DNA of 64,000 nt, taken from Callorhinchus milii. Its lineage: Eukaryota. The stretch spans positions 124,994,001 to 125,058,000 of the forward strand of contig NW_024704742.1 in assembly GCF_018977255.1 (NCBI RefSeq), written 5' to 3'. The notes under the pieces were generated by a model. That model did not search any database and had not been told where the DNA came from. It worked only from the letters and a program-made list of their open reading frames with translations. A program made the translations under genes and the position numbers. Below are positions 1 to 11,842 of the stretch, piece after piece; within the stretch, counting starts at the first letter, position 1; each line of letters begins with the position of its first letter.

Positions 1-90
1 TGTAGCACCTTTCATATCGGAGTCCGTCTAAAAGCGCTTTACACAGCTGGCTGGGCACCGAGCCAAGGTGAGGGGGGAGCTGAAGAGGGT
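1..90 (-). mobile_element. L2-like LINE 3' end fragment, cut by the window edge
   Basis: Degenerate reverse complement of the L2 tail stem-loop (AGCACCTTTCATATCGGAG...AAAGCGCT) followed by a G-rich 3' UTR-like tract, as in other L2 copies here. Confidence 0.5.
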
Positions 91-896
91 GAGCAGGGAA
101 GTAATAAGTGTGCAGAGTTTGTTACAAGCAGCATCACGGTGAGATTATAGAAGTTTGTCTTTCTTGTGATCTTTTGTGTGGAGTGAGTGAGGGCACAAGG
201 ACAATTACAGCATTCAGGTGCAAGCTCAGACAAGCGTGCATGAGAGCTAATATTTCAATTTGCCAATATTTCTGAATCTCAGATTGTGGAATTATAGTAC
301 TTCAACTGAGATTACAGTCAGTTTGCGGAGAGCTTCAAAGGGAGGCCTGGAATCAACTCAAGTCATGTTGACATTCTCAAAAGGAATAATTTAGGATCGG
401 GCTTTATTTTAACCTTATCCTCTGGAGTTTCTTCATGTTGTGCTCCTTAATACTAATATATAATACTAATGATCATTACATTTGACAGCACCTTTCACGT
501 CAGGAGGAAATCTCAAAGCACTTCACAGGATATACTAAAGTGGAGTAAGCAAATCTGCTAAGAAACATTGTAGTTTTCATCTATTTTGTTTTTTTATATT
601 TATTTTACTAATCAACACTAGGGTTTATACTGCAGCGAAAACGATGCTTTTGTAGCTTTGTGAGAAGAAATTGCATCAGAATCTAGATTTTCTCTGTTTA
701 TGTAGATTTACTTTGTTTATATAGCACTTCAGAAAGTCCAGAATTTTGCAAATTCTTAAATATAACCTTGATTTTCAAGTTTCTTTTAAGAACTGCAGGA
801 GGAAATGACTTTCAAAGTTCAGGCACGCGCTGAAAACTCCTGAACTAGTCAACTCAAGGAGTCAGAAGATTCTGTACTGTTGACTTCACAAAATCA

Positions 897-1410
897 GATT
901 AGATGAAGAAGGCACTTTGGCCTATCTGGTCTCAGACCTCCAGAATACCCAGCCCACCATCCTCCATCACAGCATCAAGCTGCTTTTTTAAATGTGCCAA
1001 TTCTCCTGGCCTCAACCACCCATCCTGGTAATGTGTTCTAGTCATTAATTACCCACTGAATAAAGAACACCTTCCTGGTGTCTGTCCTGAACTTGCCCTT
1101 TGCAACTCTAAACCTATGACCATTTGTTATGCAGTCATTGTGCATCCCATTTTAAATGCTTTGGGAAATCCTCCTGACGTGAAACATGCTATAATAATGT
1201 AAATGTATATTGTATCTTGAAGTATTGTTCAGCACTCTGAGTGGTTAGCCCCTATGAAAGGTCCTAATATCAGTGCAAATTGTTGGTGTTATTGTTGCTT
1301 TGAGTTCCTTTTATAACATTTTATACACCTCTATAAGCTCTCATCTAAATCATCTTCTCTCAAAAATGAAGAGTCCTAACTTATCTAATTGTTGCTCCTA
1401 ACACATTCCT
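897..1410 (-). mobile_element. Old CR1-like LINE 3' fragment, interrupted by a plus-strand SINE tail at about 1150-1210
   Basis: Degenerate reverse-complement similarity to the CR1 ORF2 C-terminus/3' UTR at 58200-58660. Confidence 0.5.
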
Positions 1411-2450
1411 AACGTCAGTATTAAGAGCTAAATTGTTTTGTAAGCCTGTATATATATCATAAAGACAAATCCTGAAATATGAATCTTTCAGTGACTCTAC
1501 CATTATAAATGTCTTCAATAAATTCACTTAAATACACCAAGAACATTGTGTTATTTAAAGTCAACATGGATATCAAATAAATCAACAACAGTGCCTGAGA
1601 AAAACTAAACCAGCACAGAAACAGGGGATTTTCATATTTTACTAATGGTTTAGGGACTGATTTCAAATTACTAGCTGATCAACCAAGAAAAGGAATTTAT
1701 CATTGAGTGATAACTGAGCAAAAACAGCTGCTTGAGTTCCAACAGTGTGAGTTATTGCAAAGAAAAGTACCTGTATTTGTATTCAATCGTGAGTATGGAT
1801 GAAGAATGCAATAGCTTTCTTTTTTGAATACACAAAGCAAAAGGGACCTTTACTTATCTGATAATAAATACAAAGCCATGGTCACTTTGTCAAGTTCTCT
1901 GTGATGGGTTGTCTGAAACTGATGGAAAGAATGAGAGAAGGAAGAAGAAGTCTGCAGAGTTTCACTGAGACAAATTGCAGTTCTTAAAACAACAGCTTGC
2001 TCTTCTACAGTGAATAAGGTGGAAAGGTGGCTGTGTGGGGTAGAGGTGAGAATGTTATGGAAGGAATGATCAATATAGAGTTTAGGAGGGTTTTGAAAGA
2101 AAGGAGAGAGAATGCAAGGCAAAGAGAGTTTGGGAGAGCCCAGAAAGCCAACAAATTCTGTGTACTTATTTATTCATTTATTTTGATTGATTTTTTAAAA
2201 AGTCAACACAGCAGTTGCCCGACTAGTACCATCCTGTGCTACAGCGCTTTGTCTCAAAGGGTATAGTTAAAATAAAAGCTTCTAAGTCAGAGTTTAATGT
2301 GACAAGCAAGATCTGAGCTGCTGGGAAAATCTCTAGCCTTAAGCATTATAATATGCCACTCTCATAGGAGGAGCAAAAGCTGTGACAGTGCTGTGCAGCC
2401 TAATATGAGAACCTTATTTTCCTTGATTGCTTTCCTGTATAAACCCGTAA

Positions 2451-2821
2451 GTGGAGTCCTGTAGCTCAGTGGTTAGAGCGCTCGCCTCGGAAGTGAGAGA
2501 CCTGGGTTCGATTCCCACCAGGGCGAAATGTTGGGCAAGTTTCCTTACTCCACACGCCTCTGTTTACCTAGCATTAAGTAGGAATCCAGTTGTTAGTCAA
2601 TTGGCGGATTGCTTTTCCAGGGTTAATAATTCCTTCAAAAAAAGAATAATAATGAATTAGTCACTTCAATCCATGACTGTTTGTAGGACACTGCTGTGCG
2701 CAATTGGCTGCCGTGTTTTGTCCACAAAATATACAGTCAATTCATTTCACAGTATCTTCTGTGAAGTGTTTTGAGAAGTCCCAAAGACATGATAATCAAA
2801 TGCAAGGATTATTATTATTAT
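2451..2821 (+). mobile_element. tRNA-derived DeuSINE-type SINE, long subfamily
   Basis: Head GTGGAGTCCTGTAGCTCAGTGGTTAGAGC (A box) and GGTTCGATTCC (B box), ~65-bp internal segment, core CTGTGCGCAATTGGCTGCC, tail CAAATGCAAGG(ATT)n. Confidence 0.92.
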
Positions 2822-4818
2822 AAGTAATAAAGTACTAAGAAAACTATGGAAACAATCACATTACTGACATTCATTTTGCTAAACATCTCATAGAGGCACT
2901 GTAGACATTTAACCAAGCCACAATGGTCTTTGAGTGGAGCATTAATCTCAAATGACAATTCCTCAACTTCAGAAATATATGGATCAGAATGCATTATTTC
3001 ATAATATATCCAATGTGATCATATTGAATCTGTTTGAAGCATTACATTTTGTATCCTATAATTATTTCAGAATCAACCCAAAAATAAGCACAACAGGATC
3101 CTAAAAACCTATTGATTCCAGAATGTTTCAAATTTTCAACTTTTGTCTGTAAAATGCATGAATCTCCGTAGATGAATTTTCTTGGGCTGAAAAGGATCAT
3201 TGGACCCAGTTAATATGTATGTCCAGTACACTTGCTGGTGAAATTACATTCACTGCTGATCAGAATTTAGCTATTGTCTTGCCAGCTGTCAGCAATGATT
3301 TTGTTTCTTTTATTAATGTAGTTTGCCCCTTCTACAATAACAGCAGAGCACAGAGTTCTTGGAAGTGTTTCTATGGAGGCTTCCTCAAATAACATCTAAT
3401 TATGTTAAATTACTTCTCACATATCAGTCTCCAGCCGAATCCCACCCAGATCTCAATCTAAGCTTCAATGCCCTACAATTGTTCAATTTTATCGTGAATA
3501 TAATGTACAGGTATAAGTCAAAGTGGTCAATCTGTTAAAACAAGACCTTATTGGCGCCATTCATTATAAAAACATTTAAGGTTTCAATGCAGCAAACTAC
3601 TTCAAGAATACCCATTCTCTCTGCCACTAGTCCCTAAAGGGATATTAGATAAAAGTGAGGTCCTTCATCCAAGATACCCCTTAGAATAATCTCTACAAAC
3701 TCTACAAATCTTTCCTTGGACATTGATTGAAAACTACATACAAGATTAATGAGCAAACCCCATGGTATATGTGACATATTTCATGCTCTCCAGCTTCAGG
3801 GAACAAACAGGATTAAACTGATACCTTTTGGACCCTTCCTGTATTATGGATCTTCTTAGAATAAAAGAATGCAAATTCTTATACGCAGTGCAGAAATGTG
3901 TCAGTGAAAAGCTTTGCATCTCTCAGGCACTTTCAAATCTTGACATGTCTGAGATGGCAAAATAGATAATCCTTTAGAAAAGAAAATAGTTCTGTTTGTA
4001 CTAAGCCTGTTGATTTGGATTCATGCCAATCTGGATGAGCAAAGTATTAGATATCGCACCAGTGATGCTACATACCACTGTTCTTTCATGAGTGTGAAGG
4101 GCTAATAACTCACATGTGTCGCTGTATGAGTGAGTGAGTGTGCGCAGAGGTTACAGTGGGACGAAAAAGTACATAGCAAAGCAAGCGATATCTTGTTTAC
4201 TGGATCAGGAACTTTGGACGAACAACCAGAATTTTTCACCAGGGTTTTAGCAGTCATTCAACCTTAGTTATTAATGTGCAGCATGTCAACAAAGTCCTCT
4301 TACCACCCTGTTACAAAACAGTGATATGAGAGGAGCTGAAACAAGTCAGAGATGCATTTCTCCTCGTCACTCCATTCATGTTACGGAAGTGTCACACTAA
4401 ACATGGCGATGGATCATTATCTGCCTTGAAAATGATGCAGCTCACAACAATCCTCTGGACATCTTGTACTGAATACAATTAAGTACTTCTAAATACAATT
4501 TTCATAATTCTTCCACATATTTCAGTTGTTGGTCAGTGCACTGTGTTTTAAAAAAAAACGGGGGTAACATGACCTTGTGGACATCCTGTAGTTTCCAGAG
4601 TTGGGGAAAAGCAATGTTTTGCAGCATATTGATACTGAAAAGTTTCCTCTTTGTCAGGCATTTTACAACATATAGTAACAGCAAAATATTCTGGAAGATA
4701 GACAGTTATTTGACTCCAAAATTACCCTGCAGAATGCTTATTTAAAAAAAAATTATTTGCAGTCATTCAACCGACATATAACGGGAGTAGATTGACGATG
4801 TTTCATTGAGCATTCAAT

Positions 4819-5138
4819 TAATAATAATAATAATAATCCTTGCATTTGATATAGCCCTTTTCACGTCTTCTAGACGTCTCAAAGCGTTTCACAGAGTATG
4901 CTGTAAAGTGAATTGACCATATATTTGTGGGCGAATCGCGGCAGCCGATTGCACACAACAGTGTCCCACAAACAGCCGTGGATTGAAAATGACCAATTTA
5001 TTATTGTTTTGTTTTGTAGGGATTATTATTGGGCATGTGGAATAAGGAAACTTGCCCAAGGTTTCGCCTGTCTGGAATTGAACCCAGGTGTCTCGCTGGC
5101 AAGGTTAGTGCTCTAACCACTGAGCTGCAGGACTCCAC
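4819..5138 (-). mobile_element. tRNA-derived SINE, short subfamily, full length
   Basis: Reverse complement of the SINE at 5209-5535, from (AAT)n tail to GGACTCCAC head. Confidence 0.93.
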
Positions 5139-5680
5139 TATTTCAAATAGTGTCAGGGGATTTTTATCATCCACCAGGGCAGGCAGAAGGGACCTTGCTT
5201 TAACTTTAGTGGAGTCCTGTAGCTCAGTGGTTAGAGCACTCGCTTTGCAAGTGAGAGACCTGAGTTCAATTCCAGGCAGGGCGAAACCTTGGGCAAGTTT
5301 CCTTACTCCACACGCCTAATAATAATCCCTCCAAAAAACCAAAAACAATAATTAAATTGGTCATTTTCAATCTACGACTGTTTGTGGGACATTGCTGTGC
5401 GCAATTGGCTGCCGCGTTCGCCCACAAATGTACAGTCAATTCACTTTACAGTGTGTTCTGTGAAGCGCTTTGGGACGTCCTCCTGACGTGAAAAGCGCTA
5501 TATCAAATGCAAGGATTATTATTATTATTATTATTAACGTTTCATTCGAAGGGTGCCACTTCTGACAATGGAGCGCTCCTTCAGCACTGAATTGCAATGT
5601 CAGCCTAGACTGTGAGTTGAAAGACCTGACATGAGGTTTGAACCCATAATCTTCTAACTCAGAAGCCAGGGTGCTAAATT
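5139..5680 (-). mobile_element. Older SacSINE1-like DeuSINE 5' half, split by the SINE at 5209-5535
   Basis: 5139-5208 and 5536-5680 join into a sequence matching the old-family copies at 14140-14332, 22290-22548 and 51360-51566. Confidence 0.7.
5209..5535 (+). mobile_element. tRNA(Ala)-derived SINE, short young subfamily, full length
   Basis: Cloverleaf-like head with D arm GCTC/GAGC and anticodon loop TTTGCAA, Deu-like core, stem-loop AGCGCTTT...AAAGCGCT, (ATT)n tail; nearly identical to 9764-10085 and 34423-34761. Confidence 0.95.
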
Positions 5681-5743
5681 TCCATTCTAAGTGGAAATTA
5701 AAAAGGTAAAGAACTGCCAGAACTGATAAAATGATGGAGAACA

Positions 5744-5793
5744 TTGATGGACCAAATGGCCTACTCCTGTTCTTATGTCTCTGTATTCCTAGA
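5744..5793 (+). mobile_element. CR1 3' tail remnant
   Basis: GATGGACCAAATGGCCTACTCCTGTTC resembles the CR1 terminus GATGGGCCAAATGGCCACTTTCTGTG at 58612-58640. Confidence 0.55.
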
Positions 5794-6944
5794 AAGTGAT
5801 AAAACCAGTTCTTCACTGGCCACAATTTATTCATTTTCTCTAATAAAAGACCCGTACGATTCACTGTCAATTAAAGGGCAGATCAACAGAATACAACTGG
5901 TGTCATGCCAGCTGCTCCAAAGCAAGCTTGAAAGGGTTAACATCTGTAAATCTTCAGTCTGAGCACCACCTGTCAAACACATATTGTGGATGAGCTGCTA
6001 TGGGTAACTTCAGTGCCAAGTGTCAGGACTTGGGTTTGAAAAATTTATTGCTAATTACACTTTCCTAAAGATTGTTTAGCCTGTTCAGAAATGAAACAGC
6101 TCATCCTGAGTTGCAGGCTCGGAGATGATCCATTATCTTCTGTCTGTGTGCCATATCTGACTTCCTGAAACCCTGGCACTCCTTTGTGTTCTGTTTATTC
6201 CCTCCCAATCTGACCACCATTCCTCTTTCTGAACCAACACATGGGCTCTGTCAAGTTGAGCTGATGACATGACCCTGTTACCCAAGCATCAGTCAGCATA
6301 GAGAAGGAAATCCTCCCTACTGGCCGTGTGATTGATGAATGAAAGCCTCCAGCCTAAGATTTTTATATACATATATTGTACATTATTAATGAAAACATAA
6401 AAAAGAAACACTTTCAACACAGAAAGAACTGCCTTGTTGTTGCTCCAGTGCTTTGTGTGGAAAAGTTTCAATCAATGGCTAAATAAAATATTTCAGACGC
6501 TGGTTTATGAGAACAAGGTTATGTTTCACTGCAAAGGAAAGAGCAACATCAGGTTCATTGTGATATCTGAGTTCAAAAAAAATTCATTTGGAAAAATAAA
6601 GGATTGAAACCCATAATTATTCCTGATATTTGATTTCATCTCTTTTCAGATACTTGTGTTTCATTTTATTTGAACACTGAAATTTTTAAATTAAAAGAAC
6701 TGGATAAGTGAGAAAACAAGAATGCCTCTTACAATCAGTTTTGTCGTAACTGATAGGCTGCTTTTTAAATGGCCCTTGTAGCTATTGCAGTGCTGTTAAA
6801 GGCAATTTAATTCAGTAACGTACTCTAGAGTGAAGGTTTTAATGAAGGCAACGACTCAATTTCACACAAATGAGTGGCAATGTGGGCAAATGGAGAAATC
6901 GGACATATGTTTCAACCCATACTTAGAGGAGGGATTTCTGTGGA

Positions 6945-7170
6945 TAAATAATAATATTCCTTACATCTGATATAGTACTTTCATGTCAGGAGGATGTCTC
7001 AAAGCCCTTCACAGGATATACTATAAAGTGTAGTGAATGCATACATGTAGGCAAACACAGCAGCCGATTTTCACACATCAATGTCCCACAACAGCTACAA
7101 CAACAACAACAACAACAAGATTCCATTTATTGAGCGCCTTTCACGTCGGGAGGATGTCCCAAGGCGCTGG
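6945..7170 (-). mobile_element. SINE 3' half (6945-7095) abutting a young L2 tail (7096-7170)
   Basis: (AAT)n-TCCTTACATCTGATATAG SINE tail, then (CAA)n-GATTCCATTTATTGAGCGCCTTTCACGTCGGGAGGATGTCCCAAGGCGCT L2 tail. Confidence 0.8.
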
Positions 7171-9164
7171 CCAACTGTATACACCCACAGCTTTCTGACC
7201 CAGAGGAGAAACCGCTACACACTGAGCCAAACTAACTTAAGTACTCACAAGCAAAGCTCTCCTTTTCCTGGTTCAAGAGCAGTACAAGTGGGTCATATAA
7301 TCAATCAAAAATAGATTACTAGTATCATATTCACCTACAAATACATGGTAACTTTGCAATAAAATCCCGAGTCGCACTTTGAGACATTTCGATTGTGTGT
7401 TAAGATGCTTTATGAAATGAAAGGATGATTATTATTATGATTATTATTGCTGTTATTATTAGATCAGTACCAGCTGTATAACTGGACTCAGAATGAAATC
7501 AATAAATACACCGCAGGGAGCTTTTTCTAAATTGGTAACAGGCAACATGAAGACCATCACAGTATGCCATTGAACCACTGGGTGACCTTTCAAATATATA
7601 TTGAAATCTTAAGGCTTTCCAATAATCAGGTGAGAAGGAAGCAGACAGAAGGAAAGGCCAAACTATATACAGGGTGACAAAAAAGTCGTGGTACCAATAC
7701 AATGTCATAATAAGTCTTAAAGAAATTATGATTTTTTTTAGATAATAGGGTAGATATCCTATTTTGGTCACCCTGTATTTGTACAGGCTTTTTCATCCAG
7801 CCCTATTTTCCCTGATATTGCACTTGTTGAAACTCTTGCAGTTAGAGTAATCATTTACGTGCTGCGCCTGCAACTGAATTATAATGTTCATGCTGAGTGA
7901 TTGCTTTCTGCCACTTATTCCTATCATCACTTCGGCTTTACTTTGCGAGGCTAGCATATCCCCCATGTATTAAAACAATAGTTTACAGTATGTAACCTGT
8001 GAGAAGGAAAAGGTCTCTGTTCGGCCGCTCCTTCCCTTCAGAAAATGTGGTCCTGCTTCATGTCCCCACCCGATTTTCCAATTTTACATTGTATGTACTT
8101 ACAAGAATTTTTAGTATGTGACTAGTTATGTGTTAAGCAGAGTGACAAGTAAAGTGGAGTCCCTTTCTGAACCTTTTGCATGAGAAGTGACTGTGATATT
8201 GACAGCATGGCTACTTAAGTGGTAGTGACAATTTAAGCCGGTGTCTTGTATCAGTTTATTGTATATCACATGCAAGGATTATTATTATTAATAATAATAC
8301 ATTATTGTTACTGCTATAATTCACTGTATTATAACATTGCTAAAACCAATTGTTCATTGGGTGAACCAAAACATATCGCTGACGGGACCAAAACTTGCTT
8401 TTTGTATCAAAAAAGGAATTACTCCATAAAATGAGCGATTTATATTTCACAAAGTAACTACTTAAAGAGTTATTTGAGGCTGTAATGTAATCTTTGGTTT
8501 TCACAAAACAGGTTAAAGCACTTGACCTAGTTCCTTGTAATCCCTCCCAGCTAGCTGTTGTTCTCTATATAATCTCTCTTTATATCTGTTATTCTCCACG
8601 TAATTACTCCTGAGGATTTTCAATCCATAATGTAGTCACTCTGAGAAAATTTGCACTAAGGTTTATTACTGAAGCCACTCCTAAATGTTGTTTTCAGCTA
8701 GCAATATCTCCAATGAGCTGACTTATGCTTCCTGGGTATTCATTATTCTTGATTTTTAAAAAAAATTATTGTATGGAATGTTGACATATAAAATGATAAT
8801 GTTGACATATGGACTTCGTGAATTTTATCCCTTAATCCTCCATGAAACACTTTACTTGTCCAGACGTGAACTTGCTCAAAGATTGACGATGAATATGCCC
8901 TCTTGTCAGCCACCATTCCTGCTTGTTGCATATTTAAATGGAACACTTGAGTTCACTTTAGTTATGTCTAAGATGTCACCATGTCAATTTCCATAGTTGC
9001 TCTCAAGTGGTAAAAGCCAACAGCCTTTGGAGAAGCTTTTTAGCTAAACTTCTGGCTGTTCAGCTGGATTTTAAAGAACGCATGATACAGTACAGCATGA
9101 CTTGGAAAGAGAAAGAAGTTTCTCACGGTATCGTGGCCAACAACTTCCCAGATACAATTTTTCA

Positions 9165-9490
9165 TTGACTTAATGGTTGTTTGTGGGACGTTGCTGTGCA
9201 AAACGACTGCCAATTTCCCCTACAAAATACAAAGTCACAACAAGTTACAGTTTCAGTAAATTGTACATTGTGTGCTTTGAAATGTCTTTCTGATGTGAAA
9301 GGTGCTATATCAAATGTAAGAATTTTTAATTTTTTATTGATACGTATGGACAGCTATGCCTAAAGTAAAATATATAATTAGAAAAATAATCCTTGCATTT
9401 GATATAGCGCTTTATCATGTCGTCAAGATATCTCAAAGCTCTTCACAGGATATACTGTAAAGTGGTGTGACTGTGTATTTGGTGGGTGAA
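9165..9490. mobile_element. Two decayed SINE 3' halves, tail to tail (about 9165-9335 plus, 9385-9490 minus)
   Basis: TTTGTGGGACGTTGCTGTGC core and GCTATATCAAATG tail; then AATCCTTGCATTTGATATAGCGC on the opposite strand. Confidence 0.75.
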
Positions 9491-9763
9491 AATAAAATTA
9501 TAAACAAAAAGTATAAGGGAAAATAATGATGGGGACTCATCGATTTATCTAAAAGCTTCTTACTTCTGAATGAAACAATGTCTGCCAAATGGTATGCTGG
9601 TTGAGTTAAATTATAGAAAACATTGAGAGGTCAGTGTGGTGAGTTGGTTTAACTCTCAGAGGATTCTATCACTTTACCTTTCTTCAAAATTCAAACATAA
9701 TAACATCCACTTTCTAAATACTTTGCTCATATGCTTGAGCAGCAGGATACATTAGGATTCAAT

Positions 9764-10085
9764 GTCCTAGTGTAGCTCAGTGGTTAGAGCATTCGCTTTG
9801 CAAGTGAGAGACCTGAGTTCAATTCCAGGCAGGGCGAAACCTTGGGCAAGTTTCCTTACTCCACACGCCTAATAATAATCCCTCCAAAAACCAAAAACAA
9901 TAATAAATTGGTCATTTTCAATCTACGACTGTTTGTGGGACATTGCTGTGCGCAATTGGCTGCCGCGTTCGCCCACGAATATACAATCAATTCACTTTAC
10001 AGTGTGTTCTGTGAAGCGCTTTGGGACGTCCTCCTGACGTGAAAAGCGCTATATCAAATGCAAGGATTATTATTATTATTATTAT
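9764..10085 (+). mobile_element. tRNA(Ala)-derived SINE, short young subfamily
   Basis: Only a handful of differences from 5209-5535; (ATT)n tail. Confidence 0.95.
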
Positions 10086-11808
10086 AACAACATACCAGCT
10101 AAAAGTGACTTTAAGAGGGCAGATATTTCACAAACTTCACTGAGGTCCTTGCTAAGAAGCAGTGAATGATTAGAGAAATGATACCTGCAGCCAATCTAAA
10201 ATTCAATTTGAGTAGTGCATGCTCCACTAAATCCCATTAATTCACAAGATTTGATAATAAATAGTACTTCTTGCATTTAATATAAGCATCTCATCACTTT
10301 GAAACTTCTCAAGGTGCATCGCACACTGAGATACTTTGAAGTATAGTCAGTTATAACACAACCTGATGCTGAGCAAAGCCCCTTTGGATATTTCTTGATC
10401 ACACATATTGATCATAGCATCAAAAGAGTATCCACTCTACCAAAGTGTGAAAATGACGCAAGAAGAGAGTTTAAACTCACCTATTTTAGAGTCATTTAAC
10501 TACAGTAATAATCCCACAGCTGCATTCGCCTACAAACTACATAGCCATTAAACCTCAGTGTATCCCTTGAACAGCTTTGAGATGTCCTCCCAATGTGAAA
10601 GACCCTATACCAAATGCAAGGATTATTAATATTGGGTCTTCCTTCGGACAACGCTTAACTACAGTAAATCTTTGAGAAGTTTCAACAACTTGATGAAGCA
10701 CTATATCAAGCATTGGAATTATTACATTATTGCTGTTATTTGTACTATCTAAACTGCTAACGTTATTTATCATCAAGAATATACAGAAAGTTTGGTCCTT
10801 TCTTTTCCCTGCTTAAGGCAGCAAAATAAATCCCAGTATCACTGCTGACCTAATGATGAGCCAAGCATCTGTCAATCACCAAGAGTCCAATCACTGACCA
10901 AAGCAAGTAAATCAGAAACCAAAAACAAATTGGTCTATCTACCTTTTTGTATATAAAGAAGCATAGTATAAAGAACAACTGAGTTCAAAGCATGTTCCAA
11001 AGCAGAAACACAGCTCTGGGTTGAGATGACATTGATAAACATTGAAAATTACAACCTTTTGACGCACGCCAGACTGTGTGCTATCTTGTACATAATACAC
11101 AGGGCTGTGTTGTTTCCAATGTATAATTCATGGAATCCTGATTTTTTTGACATTACTGGCCTGAAATCCCACCTAATTATTGTTAAAGATCATCTAGCTT
11201 TCAAGTTTAGGGTTGTTCAGAATTTGGAACCTGAATTTATGCATCTTAAAAAAAAATTGGTTTTAATTTAAAATTAAATGGAAGTATTTTCACATTTTAA
11301 ATTTTTTTAATTTTAAAAGGTCTTAATAAATGTATTATTTTATTGAGAATATTAATGAGCCACAATGGAATCCTAAGGCCAAAAATTGTTTGCATAGACT
11401 ACTATAAAGGTTAGACTGACTTTGTCATGCATATAAACATTTCTCTGTATCTTACACAGAATTACATAGAATCCAGACATAGACTTGCTTCCCAGTGTTT
11501 ATATGCCACAATAGCTCTACCTATTCCTAATCTCCCCCTCCCCCACAAGACACATGCCATACATGTCTATTCCCTTCCTTTATCATATATGTAGTTACAA
11601 CAAATATAACAAAGAGGAATAGATGAATGCTCAGAAGGAAGTTTCACTGCACGGCTTTACTGACAATAAACTGGTCAAGCAAATCATAGTTTTATTTTGA
11701 TCTACCTTCATGAGACAATATTCTGCTGTGGCCCATATATTAGTGTTCTCCTGCTGACATGTCTATCTTCTGTTCGCCACATGCGCCAGTTCAGTCAGGT
11801 GGTGGTAG

Positions 11809-11842
11809 CACACACACACATACTAACACAGACACACACACA
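11809..11842. repeat. Imperfect (CA)n microsatellite
   Basis: CACACACACACATACTAACACAGACACACACACA. Confidence 0.8.

Noticed and set aside
791..843. Possible exon LQEEMTFKVQARAENS with an FN3-like flavour
   Set aside because: In-frame stop follows immediately and there is no other support
5213..5285. tRNA-Ala(TGC) gene, and similar heads at 2451, 9764, 16350 and 34761
   Set aside because: Each runs straight into a SINE body and tail, the T arm is bulged, and anticodon loops vary between copies; these are SINE heads
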